Shown here one piece after another: positions 55,392-64,000 of a stretch of DNA of 64,000 nt. Numbering within the stretch: the first letter of the stretch is position 1; each line of letters starts with the position of its first letter. This DNA comes from Nitrospirales bacterium (GTDB lineage: Bacteria > Nitrospirota > Nitrospiria > Nitrospirales > UBA8639), in NCBI GenBank assembly GCA_963422365.1, contig OY729426.1:1312001-1376000 (forward strand), read 5' to 3'. A model generated the notes under the pieces. That model did not search any database, had not been told where the DNA came from, and saw nothing but the letters and a program-made list of their open reading frames with translations. Position numbers and translations under genes: made by a program.

Positions 55392-56285
55392 CTAGCGTGT
55401 TGATGCTGCTGGTTCATGCTTTTTCGTCTCCTGAGAACGAAAATTAATCTTGAGAGGCGCAGAACGACCCGATTTCGCATGATCCCCGCTCCCGTTCTCT
55501 TGTCCATGCGAGGCATGGCGGACGAGAAAATGAATGATATGGTTTCGAATCTTGTAATAATATTTATCTTCAATAATCGTTTCTCGTGACCGGGGTCGGG
55601 GGATGGTCACGTCCACGATCTCTGCAATGCGTGCCGAAGGGCCGTTGGTCATAAGCATGATGCGGTCGGAGAGCAAGATGGCCTCATCCACGTCATGCGT
55701 GACCATGAAGACCGTGTTACGGGTGGCATTCCACATCTGCACGAGTTCCTCTTGAATCACGCCCCTGGTCAACGCGTCGATTTGCGCAAACGGTTCGTCC
55801 AGCAAAAGGACCTTCGGTTCAATGGAAAAGGCGCGAGCCAGTCCGACTCGTTGTTTCATTCCTCCGGATAGGGCCGTGGGTTTTTTGGTTTCGGCCCCTT
55901 GCAGGCCGACCAGCGTGATGTATTTCCGGACGTGCGTTTTGATCTCTTGCGAACTCCAGGTGGGATAGGCCGAACGGACGGCCAGGGCGATGTTCTGATA
56001 GACCGTCATCCATGGCATCAACGCGAAACTTTGAAACACCACCATCCGATCCAATCCCGGGCCCGTGACTTCTTGTCCGTTCAGAATGGCTCCGCCTTCG
56101 GTCGGCGTTTCCAGCCCGGCGATGATATTGAGTAACGTACTTTTTCCGCACCCGGAATGCCCGATCACGGTGACGAATTCGCCCTTGTGCACCTTGACCG
56201 TGACTTCTTCAAAGATGCAGACATCGCCATCCCCTGAATGATTCGGGAAATACTTGCTCAGATGATCGATAGAGAGAAAAGACAT
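55392..56285 (-). CDS. cynD: Cyanate/nitrate ABC transporter ATP-binding subunit
   Basis: GHSGCGKST, LSGGMKQRVG and DEPF; adjacent to cynS. Confidence 0.8.
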   Translation of the reverse strand: MSFLSIDHLSKYFPNHSGDGDVCIFEEVTVKVHKGEFVTVIGHSGCGKSTLLNIIAGLETPTEGGAILNGQEVTGPGLDRMVVFQSFALMPWMTVYQNIALAVRSAYPTWSSQEIKTHVRKYITLVGLQGAETKKPTALSGGMKQRVGLARAFSIEPKVLLLDEPFAQIDALTRGVIQEELVQMWNATRNTVFMVTHDVDEAILLSDRIMLMTNGPSARIAEIVDVTIPRPRSRETIIEDKYYYKIRNHIIHFLVRHASHGQENGSGDHAKSGRSAPLKINFRSQETKKHEPAASTR

Positions 56286-56289
56286 AACG

Positions 56290-57177
56290 TTACTCCTGAT
56301 AGGTGACCAACCCGGCCAATTTATTAAATCCCGAATCCAAGATCACACCGACGGTCCCCACCACCAGGATGGCGAAGATGACGCCGGCAATATCCAGGTT
56401 GTTCCATTCAATCCAACTCAGATACCCCACGCCCAGTTCCCCGAGCAACATCTCCGCCGGCACTACGGCGACCAGCGCACTTCCAAACGAAATGCGGAGG
56501 CCGTTTACAATGGTCGGCGCGGCTCCGGGAAGAATCACCTTATACAGTCGCTTACCCCACGATAACTGAAGAATGGCGGCCACCTGTAAATATTCCTTCC
56601 GAAGGGTATTCACGCCAAAGGCAGTGGTGGCCAGGGTCGGCCAGACCGCGGCCATGAATACCACCAGGATCGCCGTCCATTTCGGATCCTTGACTGTGTA
56701 CAGGAGCAAAGGCATCCAGGCTAGGGGCGAGATGGGCTTCAGAATCTGAATGAATGGGTTCAACGCCCGAAACAGCATCTGGTTGAGTCCCAAAACAATC
56801 CCCACCAGAATCGCCACCCCGGAGGCAACCAGAAACCCAACCGCAAATCGTGAAACCGTATAGCCCACCAAAAAGGCAATCCCATGATCATTGGTCCCTT
56901 TCATCACAAAGGCTTCGCCCAATTCGACCCAGGCTTTCTCCATCACCGTCATGGGACCCGGTACTCCTTTGAGTTTTTCTTTTTCCGGATTCCACACGTA
57001 CTGGCCGTCGTCGGTTTGCATAATATCGCCGTTGAACTCCATGACCATCAATTCCTCTTCCGTCTTGCCCGTGGGATCGAAGGGAGGACTGATGGTGGCG
57101 ATGTGCCACGCGAACAGAAAAATCCCAAGGAAGAACGCGGAGATGAAGAACGGATGCTGTGTGTGTTTGCTACTCAT
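56290..57177 (-). CDS. cynB: Cyanate/nitrate ABC transporter permease
   Basis: PFIQILKPISPLAW, AEML and WIEWN. Confidence 0.8.
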   Translation of the reverse strand: MSSKHTQHPFFISAFFLGIFLFAWHIATISPPFDPTGKTEEELMVMEFNGDIMQTDDGQYVWNPEKEKLKGVPGPMTVMEKAWVELGEAFVMKGTNDHGIAFLVGYTVSRFAVGFLVASGVAILVGIVLGLNQMLFRALNPFIQILKPISPLAWMPLLLYTVKDPKWTAILVVFMAAVWPTLATTAFGVNTLRKEYLQVAAILQLSWGKRLYKVILPGAAPTIVNGLRISFGSALVAVVPAEMLLGELGVGYLSWIEWNNLDIAGVIFAILVVGTVGVILDSGFNKLAGLVTYQE

Positions 57178-57197
57178 CGTGACTCGTCCTTTACCGG

Positions 57198-58547
57198 CTA
57201 CACCATGCTATGAATGGGGAAACTCTTGACGTAGTCTTCCGGGTTCATAGGATCAAATTCCCGTCCCATAATAGTATGGGTCGTCATGGTCTTGGTGTGA
57301 GAGGGATACCCCAGTTCCTTGGCCACTGTGTCGCAATCCGCTGCACGATAGACCTGCTCGGCGACCTTTTGATAATTCACGTCCCCTTTCAAATGACCCC
57401 ACCGTTTCATTTGGGTCAAGATCCAGATGGCCATGGAATGCCAGGGATACGGATCGAAATCGATGCGACTCGGAACCCTCTGAATGCCGCCTAACCCATC
57501 GGCAAACGTCCCGGTCAACACTTGTTCCAGCACGATTCGTGGCTGATTCAAGTAATTCGCCGGGGCAATCGCTTTGGCGATTTCTTTCCGGTTCCCCGGG
57601 TTCGACGCGTAATGAGTCGCATCCACAATCGCCCGGAACAACGCGAGGAACGTATTCGGATACGTCGTCGCGAATTCTTGTGAGATCGCAAACGCGCAGC
57701 ATGGATGTTGCGCCCAAATGTCTTTCGACAGCAGAAAAATAAAGCCGATGTTTTCATACACCGCGCGTTGATTAAAGGGATCAGGGGCCAGATAGCCATC
57801 GACGTTACCGGCCTTGAGATTGGCGACCATTTCCGGTGGCGGCACCACGCGAATCTGGACGTCCTTGTCTGGATGCACACCGCCGTCGGCGAGAAAATAG
57901 CGCAACAGGTAATTGTGCATGGAATAATCAAAGGGCACGCAAAAGCGAAACCCTTTCATATCGGCAGCCGTTTTCACGCCTTTATGTTTATTGTGCAGGG
58001 TAATGGCTTGCCCATTGATATTTTCCACGGCGGGCATGTAGAACGGGACCTGGGGCGATCCCGCACCCAAGGTGATGGCTAAAGGCATGGGCGAGAGCAT
58101 ATGCGCGGCATCCACGTCTTTGTTGATCGCCCAATCCCGCACCATGGCCCATCCCGCTGCCCGTTTGACCTTGGCGTTCAAGCCATGTTTGCGGTAGAAC
58201 CCCATGGGCTCGGCCATGATAATCGGCGTGGCACAGGTAATGGGAATAAACCCGATACTGAGATCCGTTTTTTCCGGTTTGCCCACAGGGTCTGCGGCCA
58301 GTGCCTGCAATTGGGAAAGAGGAAGAAACTCGCTAATCAGTCCGATCAGCGCCGCGCTTCCGACACCGGCGAGAAGTTGTCGTCGAGTCGGACCACTTGC
58401 CTGCAGCACGGCTTTCGTTACTGCGACCTCGATAGTTTTGGACAGGTACTCATCAGAGGTGAGAGGTTGCCCCTGATTAAACATGTCTGGGGCTTCGGCT
58501 CCGACTTTCGATGAAACCGGATCGTGATGGTAAATGGTGTGTGCCAT
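57198..58547 (-). CDS. cynA: CmpA/NrtA-family substrate-binding protein (cyanate)
   Basis: Tat-like TRRQLL, GFIPITCATP, YSMHNYLLRY and HPCC; RBS GAGGAGGAG. Confidence 0.85.
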   Translation of the reverse strand: MAHTIYHHDPVSSKVGAEAPDMFNQGQPLTSDEYLSKTIEVAVTKAVLQASGPTRRQLLAGVGSAALIGLISEFLPLSQLQALAADPVGKPEKTDLSIGFIPITCATPIIMAEPMGFYRKHGLNAKVKRAAGWAMVRDWAINKDVDAAHMLSPMPLAITLGAGSPQVPFYMPAVENINGQAITLHNKHKGVKTAADMKGFRFCVPFDYSMHNYLLRYFLADGGVHPDKDVQIRVVPPPEMVANLKAGNVDGYLAPDPFNQRAVYENIGFIFLLSKDIWAQHPCCAFAISQEFATTYPNTFLALFRAIVDATHYASNPGNRKEIAKAIAPANYLNQPRIVLEQVLTGTFADGLGGIQRVPSRIDFDPYPWHSMAIWILTQMKRWGHLKGDVNYQKVAEQVYRAADCDTVAKELGYPSHTKTMTTHTIMGREFDPMNPEDYVKSFPIHSMV

Positions 58548-58622
58548 GACTCCTCCTCTACTTCTCATACATCAGAGCGTAATGAATAATGTGAATGGGC
58601 GAACTTTGTTTGTCTGTTGACC

Positions 58623-58702
58623 AAAAAAAAACGCCAAGCCAAGAGTTTTGTGAAAAACTCAGGCCTGGCGTCATTGCCAGAACTATGTTGACTTCTATGT
58701 CA
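58623..58702 (-). promoter_or_regulatory. ANTAR-type antiterminator leader: dual hairpin overlapping an intrinsic terminator
   Basis: UGAC-AUAGAA-GUCA and CUGGC-AAUGAC-GCCAG (hexaloops with A1/G4); terminator ACGCCAGGCC...GGCUUGGCGU plus U run. Confidence 0.8.
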
Positions 58703-58752
58703 CACTACGGTCCTTCTGCCGAAACCGTACTTTTGTCGTTGCAAAGAAGATA

Positions 58753-58768
58753 AGCAAGAAGAATGCCA
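58753..58768 (-). promoter_or_regulatory. Sigma54 -24/-12 promoter for cynABDS
   Basis: TGGCATTCTTCTTGCT (GG-N10-GC). Confidence 0.85.
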
Positions 58769-58823
58769 TGTTTCCGTTGTATGTAGGTATTGAATATTAT
58801 TGAAGTTTGCTGGAATGGGCATA

Positions 58824-58876
58824 TGACAATTTTGTCAGAGCCATAACTTTTTTGTCAGAAGCAGACAATTGTGTCA
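58824..58876. promoter_or_regulatory. Three tandem TGACA-N4-TGTCA-like sites (probable enhancer)
   Basis: tgacaattttgtca (58824), taacttttttgtca (58844) and agacaattgtgtca (58863). Confidence 0.65.
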
Positions 58877-59094
58877 GGTTTTAAACAGGGCGGCGTCCAG
58901 CAAATTTCATTACTGCATGTGGTTTGGTGACCTGAAGGATTCCATTGGGGCTATTACCTTCAGAACCGCCATGATCGCAAGGCAACATGGGCAGAAGAGT
59001 ATCTCAAAGGGCCAGGGGGTCTTCCTGTCCGATTGCTAGAGAAGGCGTGAAGAAAGAAACAGAACGGCAACCCGCGCAAGAATGCTTTTGAGAC

Positions 59095-60446
59095 TTATAA
59101 CTCTCTCACTTTCTGATACAGTTCCGAAAATGCATTCTGGCGAAGACGAAATTTGGTGCCGTGGTTATGGCCGGTTCTGGCATCAAAATCCACGTAGGTT
59201 TTTCCTTTCTCAAGAGCGGCAAGTAGCTTCTCTAATTGATACGATTGTACTTGAAAAGTTCTTCCTCATTTTCTTTTTTCACCGCGGCCTCGACAAAAAA
59301 GCAATTGTGCAATTTGCTTCCAGTCTTGTGAAAAAGATCGTCAAATCCCCAATAAGGTTCAGGTTCCAGTTCTCCAAGTCCTGCCCTTTCTTCTACGGCG
59401 CTTAGCCATTGTTGCTGTTCTAGACTGGCTTGACGTGAATCAAAAGAAATGATGACTTTCCGAGTTCGCCGATCAACAACGACTCCAAAGCCTCTATCCG
59501 ATCTGCTTAGGCCACTGATCGTTTGCCTAAAGCTCATTTCCTCTTCCCAAATGATCACGTTCCGCAATTCATATCCTCTTCTCCGTAGTTCCTCGATCAA
59601 CGAAACGTGGATCGTGATACGTTCATTTTCTCACCACATGTCAGGAACGTTAATGACGCAGTGCCCTTTGGGGCGCAGCAATGGCAGGAACTTCTCAAAA
59701 ATGTCTCCCATTGCCATGGTATAGGCGTCTAAGTCCAAAATTCCCAAATCTCTCTGGTCTTGTGAATATTGCTCAATCTTTCCGAGTTGCTCGTTGTCCC
59801 TATACCGTCTGGATTTATTTTGCCTTTTTCGATTGAGTAAATTGGCATAGGGAGGCGAGGTCCAAATAAGCCCCACCGATCCTTCTTCAAGATACAGAGG
59901 AATATTCCGGGCATCGTCCTCAATGGCAATCTGCTGGCACGTATTGTACAAATTTCTGGTTTCTTCTAACCGTCTCTCGCACAGGTTGATATATCCCTTT
60001 TGTAAGTCGAAGCCCACCGCATTTCTATTTAAGTCATTGGCGGCCACTAACGTGCTGCCGCTACCAACAAAGGGATCAACCACCAGTTCTCCCGCGTGTG
60101 AAAACAATTCAATCACCTTTGTGCATAAACTAATCGGAAACGTTGCTGGATGAACGGTTTTATCCCTGATATCTCGTTTTTCAAAGAAAAATTGCCAGAC
60201 GCCCAGCTGACTTTTTAGCCATTCTTTTGCTGTCATGCAGTTCAAATGGTTTTGGCTGCATTGGCAAGTACGATTCGAGCCAATCTCAAGCTTGTGCCTA
60301 TATTCTGTACTACTTTCAGAAATGATAGAGGCACCTAGCCCTTCACCACGTTTTATATCTTTCTTAGGCGAAACCTTGTTAGGTGTTCGCAAACGTGGCG
60401 TTCTCTTTGTCGCCAACTTTTTCTTAGATTCTGACCTTGTCCCCAT
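59095..60446 (-). pseudogene. Deletion chimera of a DNA methyltransferase and an MvaI/BcnI-family restriction endonuclease
   Basis: HPATFP, DPFVGSG, TSPPY, VPDMW*ENERITIH...NVIIW, then SFRQTI...SDRGF, then frameshift to DFDARTGHNHGTKFR. Confidence 0.8.
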
Positions 60447-60477
60447 TTTTCTCTGTTCCTTAGCTCAACTCTCTGTC

Positions 60478-60590
60478 TATTGTGCAGTGACGAACCTGGA
60501 TGATGCCGCCGGCGTAGGTACTGAGACGATCATGAAGACCGTCGGTCATTCTTCGGTCGAAATATTGGTGTGCTTGTTACGCTATATCGG
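60478..60590 (+). pseudogene. Tyrosine recombinase C-terminal remnant
   Basis: YCAVTNL..A.GV..ETIMKTVGHSSVE....LRY resembles integrase box II. Confidence 0.5.
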
Positions 60591-60767
60591 AGGCTCAAGG
60601 AGGAGAAACTTGCTGCTATGAGTTCGTTTAAACGCTCTATCGACAGATGAGCCCAACATTATAATATATTTTGGTCACGATTGACGCGAAATAGCAATTG
60701 GTAAGGAAAATAAAACCTTACTTGGGCAGTACAGAAAACTTCCAGGAGACACCATGTTACTTCTAGC

Positions 60768-62255
60768 AAACTAGCTGTCGAACTAAAGGAGCTTCAAGTA
60801 GGAGAATATCTGGCTGAAAACGAATCAGACCTCTTGAAGGATTATTTTGTCGAAACAGCAGCCTATAACAGGGCCTTCCAAGGACAAAATGTTGTATTCG
60901 TAGGTCGAAAAGGATCGGGAAAAACAGCAAACATTTTGAAGTTGACTTCAACACTTCGTGAAGATCCAAGAAATCTAGTATGTGTAATAAAACCAATTGC
61001 TTACGAATTGGAAGGTATCGTTGAACTGATGAGAGGTTATCAAGAGCGAAATCAAAAAGGATATGTCATTGAGAGCCTTTGGGAATTTTTGATCTATTCT
61101 GAAATAGCTAAAGTACCCATTGCTCAAATAATAAATCGATCTTCCGGACAAACATTTGAGTATGAGAAGGATCTAGTTTCTTTTTGCCAAGACTTTGAAG
61201 ATTTATTGAATGAAGATTTCACAATAAGACTTGAAAAATGTGTAGCAAGGCTTATTCCAACTCCTAATAGAAGAGAGAAGTCTCAGAGTGTCGAACAATT
61301 TCGTGCGTCTATATCAGAAGGAATTCATAAAAATGTGCTAGGGAAACTTCAGTCGGCGTTAGATAAGGCCTTCAAGGAAAAACTTCGCGTAGCAATATTA
61401 GTTGATAACCTCGACAAAGCATGGGACAAAAGCAGTGACTTCGATCATCTTGCACAGTTTCTTTTGGGTTTATTAGCCGTGGCGGACCGAATTCCAGAAG
61501 CATTTAAGAAAGAAAGTTCTCGTCGGAAGCCTGTTAACCTAAGCCTTGTTCTGTTTATTCGTTCCGATATTTTTTCCCACATCATGAACCAAGCTAGAGA
61601 ACCTGACAAAATTTCCCACTCAAAACTTTCCTGGAAAGATGCCGAATTGCTTCTTAGAGTTATCGAGGAACGTTTTGTCGCCTCATAAGGTGTTGGTACT
61701 TCACCTTCGGATTTGTGGGACAGGTTGTTCATTGAAGATATCAAGGGACTTCCTATTAAAAAATTCATTGTGGATAGGATACTTCCTAGACCCCGTGCTC
61801 TCGTTTTTTTCGTGAAATCTGCGGTCGCTAAGGCTGTGAATCGAAATCACGTTAAAGTCGCGGAATCGGATCTCAAAGAAGCCGAAAAGGAATATTCCCA
61901 ATATGCTTTGGAAACCATACTCGTAGAAAACGGCATTCGGTTTGATAACCTAGAAAGGATTCTCTACGAGTTTGCCGGAGCTCCTCAATTTGTAACTGAA
62001 AGTAAGACAAAAAACGGTTTTTCTAGGGCTAATGTGGCTGCCCCAGATATTGATCAGATTATCGCCCATCTATGCGAATTGTCATTTCTAGGCCTTGAGG
62101 TTGCTGATGACGATTTCCGTTTCGCTAAGGATTCTCAGGACTATCAACGGTTAGAGGTTCAGAAAAGAAATTATCATGATGAGAGCGGGAGAGTCTTACG
62201 CTATAGTATCAATAAACCTTTCTGGGCATTCCTGGAAATAAAGAGCGTTGAGTAA
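60768..62255 (+). pseudogene. P-loop ATPase (Sll1717-like), 5'-truncated and split by TAA at 61686-61688
   Basis: GEYLAENE..L.DYFV, VGRKGSGKTA, LVDNLDKAW, FIRSDI and PRPR; the two track ORFs share one frame. Confidence 0.75.
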
Positions 62256-62391
62256 TTCTGAAGCCCGTCAAGGGGATGAAAAGCTTGGCGAGGAGAAAAT
62301 CAATGCTACAATGGTTTGTTTGAACAAACTAATAACGCGGCGTCAGAACGCTGCCCACCAAGTCATTTAAAACACGGCATTTTGAGTCTAT

Positions 62392-62479
62392 TGGTGCCGA
62401 AGGCGGGATTTGAACCCGCACACCCCCAGGGGGCGCTAGACCCTGAATCTAGTGCGTCTGCCAGTTCCGCCACTTCGGC
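62392..62479 (-). tRNA. tRNA-Leu(CAG)
   Basis: GCCGAAG...CTAGA-TTCAGGG-TCTAG, long variable arm, GGTTCAAATCC, ends CTTCGGCACCA. Confidence 0.97.
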
Positions 62480-62494
62480 ACGCGAGCGTCTGGT

Positions 62495-62776
62495 TCAGCG
62501 ATTATCAGCTTTTGCCGGGAGGGCGTCAAGCTGCGCGATGACATCGGCGGCGGGTTGTGCACCTGACGCGCTTCGACCTAGCTGGTTGCCTAGCGCGAGG
62601 ATTTTGAGCAGCGCAAGGATCTCCTGCATTTGCTTGTAGCTGTCGATATCCTGCATGACCACCTTGGCTTCACCGTTCTGGGTGATGACCAAGGGTTCTC
62701 CTCCGAGTGTGCGCACGATCTCGGCGGCGTGGGCCTTGAGGTAACTGATCGGCTTGATCTGGGTGGACGGTTTCAT
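62495..62776 (-). CDS. Phd/YefM-family antitoxin (orphan)
   Basis: QIKPISYLKAHAAEIV and PLVITQNGEAKVV. Confidence 0.85.
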   Translation of the reverse strand: MKPSTQIKPISYLKAHAAEIVRTLGGEPLVITQNGEAKVVMQDIDSYKQMQEILALLKILALGNQLGRSASGAQPAADVIAQLDALPAKADNR

Positions 62777-62946
62777 GAGACACCTCCTTTCAGGCTAAAA
62801 ATAGACCATGAACAGGGTCAATAGACAAGACCTGTCTCCGAGGTCACCACATGCTTCCAATGCTACGCTGCTGCCTCAAGCCGTATGAGGCTCGAAGGCA
62901 GGGATGTGCCTCATTGGGTCCAAACATTTATTGTGGCGGCGACATT

Positions 62947-64000
62947 TCATGGCGCCGAAATGGCATGAGAAGGGTCGGAAAGGGGCTCCAGGCACTGGAG
63001 TCGCCACAGTTTATGAGGTCCCTGAAGGTCTTGCGTGTCTCCGGCGATGATGATCTGTTCTCGAACGAGTCCGGCGACGCCGAGTAAAAATGGGGCTGGA
63101 ATGTGGGGCGCATCTTCGGCAATCAACACATCAAAACGGACGCGTTTGAATAGAGGATCGGTCACGATTCTTCCAGGGGTCGCGGCGACCAAACGTTTGT
63201 TCTGCATAAAGGCTTGCCGATTGGTCGCCTCACCGGCTGACAATAGTTCACGAACTTTTCTGGTTCCTCCCAGCCTGGAGACTTCGTCTTTCAACTCTTC
63301 GTATTCCGGGCGCATCTCTTTCGGAATCGCGGCCTCAGGAGACAATTCACGGATACGAGCTTGCGCCGTCTCAACCTCTTTCATCAGTTCCGCAATGTTC
63401 CCTGTATAGAGCATTCGATATTCGCCCAGGGTCTCCACATTTTTTCCCATGGTCTGCATGCCGAGACGTTTCCAAATAGGCAGGTTTTCGTACTTGGCGA
63501 GCAGGTGATCAATGTCCTTGATTTTGCCTTGGAACTCACTTGCCTGGGCAAGAAGCCGCCATTCCAGCAATTTGACTTCATCCAAATCACGCTGTTTTTG
63601 CCCTTTGTAGGCCAAGATCGGGATGAGTTCTCGAAATCGCTCATATTTGCGTCGAAGCGTATCCTTCTGCAACCGGGATGTGGCGAAAAACTTGTGTATT
63701 TGGGCTTCAAAACTCAATTCACCCAAAGGGACCCCTTCGGCTTTCTTGAGAACCGAGACTTCGTAGCGGCTCAATAAGCTGTGAAAGGGCAGGGCGGCAT
63801 TCCGAAAGGTTTTGGCGAAGAACCCGAGCAAGTGATCCACGGCGTCGTGCGTGGGCGCAACCAGCAGCACGCGTTGATTGTGTCGCATCAAGGTCACCGC
63901 CAGCGTCCCGAGTTTCGTCCAACGAGTGGCTTGGTCATCATGCCAGACGGTCGTCAGCACGGCAGCCGACGCTCCGGTTCTGGCAGAGGTATTGGCTTCG
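62947..64000 (-). CDS. SF1 helicase-like (AAA_11) protein with coiled-coil insert; start lies beyond the window
   Basis: RVLLVAPTHDAVD, LVAAT, FDVLIAEDA and IIIAGD. Confidence 0.7.
   Translation of the reverse strand, partial: EANTSARTGASAAVLTTVWHDDQATRWTKLGTLAVTLMRHNQRVLLVAPTHDAVDHLLGFFAKTFRNAALPFHSLLSRYEVSVLKKAEGVPLGELSFEAQIHKFFATSRLQKDTLRRKYERFRELIPILAYKGQKQRDLDEVKLLEWRLLAQASEFQGKIKDIDHLLAKYENLPIWKRLGMQTMGKNVETLGEYRMLYTGNIAELMKEVETAQARIRELSPEAAIPKEMRPEYEELKDEVSRLGGTRKVRELLSAGEATNRQAFMQNKRLVAATPGRIVTDPLFKRVRFDVLIAEDAPHIPAPFLLGVAGLVREQIIIAGDTQDLQGPHKLWRLQCLEPLSDPSHAISAP

Noticed and set aside
24644..61688. Stop-codon reassignment, or Sec/Pyl readthrough, as the cause of the in-frame stops
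   Set aside because: TAG, TGA and TAA all interrupt genes, all three end core genes normally, prfA is intact, and frameshifts co-occur

Overview
Bacterial chromosomal window, most consistent with a Nitrospirota (Nitrospirales-like) genome. The taxonomy is inferred from gene content and order, not from a search. Bases 1-19.3 kb are an intact core region: rho-rpmE-prfA-prmC-murA-hisGDBH-lipoprotein-hisAF(IE)-dnaG-rpoD, then a TPR/2OG-oxygenase gene. The rest mixes housekeeping genes (sugar ABC transporter, ino1, dimethylargininase, mutY/mutT, metH, HIT, cyanate ABC transporter plus cynS, tRNA-Leu) with several defence-type inserts. The most novel-looking items are four. (1) A co-oriented four-gene cassette at 28.9-33.4 kb: kinase-NUDIX fusion, coiled-coil protein, Walker-A-less DUF2791-like protein and DUF2791/BrxD-like ATPase, with no pglZ/pglX and a divergent dead methyltransferase. 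(2) An intact HNH nuclease plus an RHH-fused PvuII-like methyltransferase whose apparently leaderless promoter carries a palindromic operator. (3) A complete regulatory stack on the cyanate operon: sigma54 promoter, triple enhancer, ANTAR dual hairpin and terminator. (4) An rpoD lacking region 1.1, with a strongly G-skewed body. Many accessory genes carry single in-frame stops (TAG, TGA and TAA), frameshifts or deletions, which points to ongoing pseudogenisation rather than recoding. All family assignments come from motif recognition by eye.
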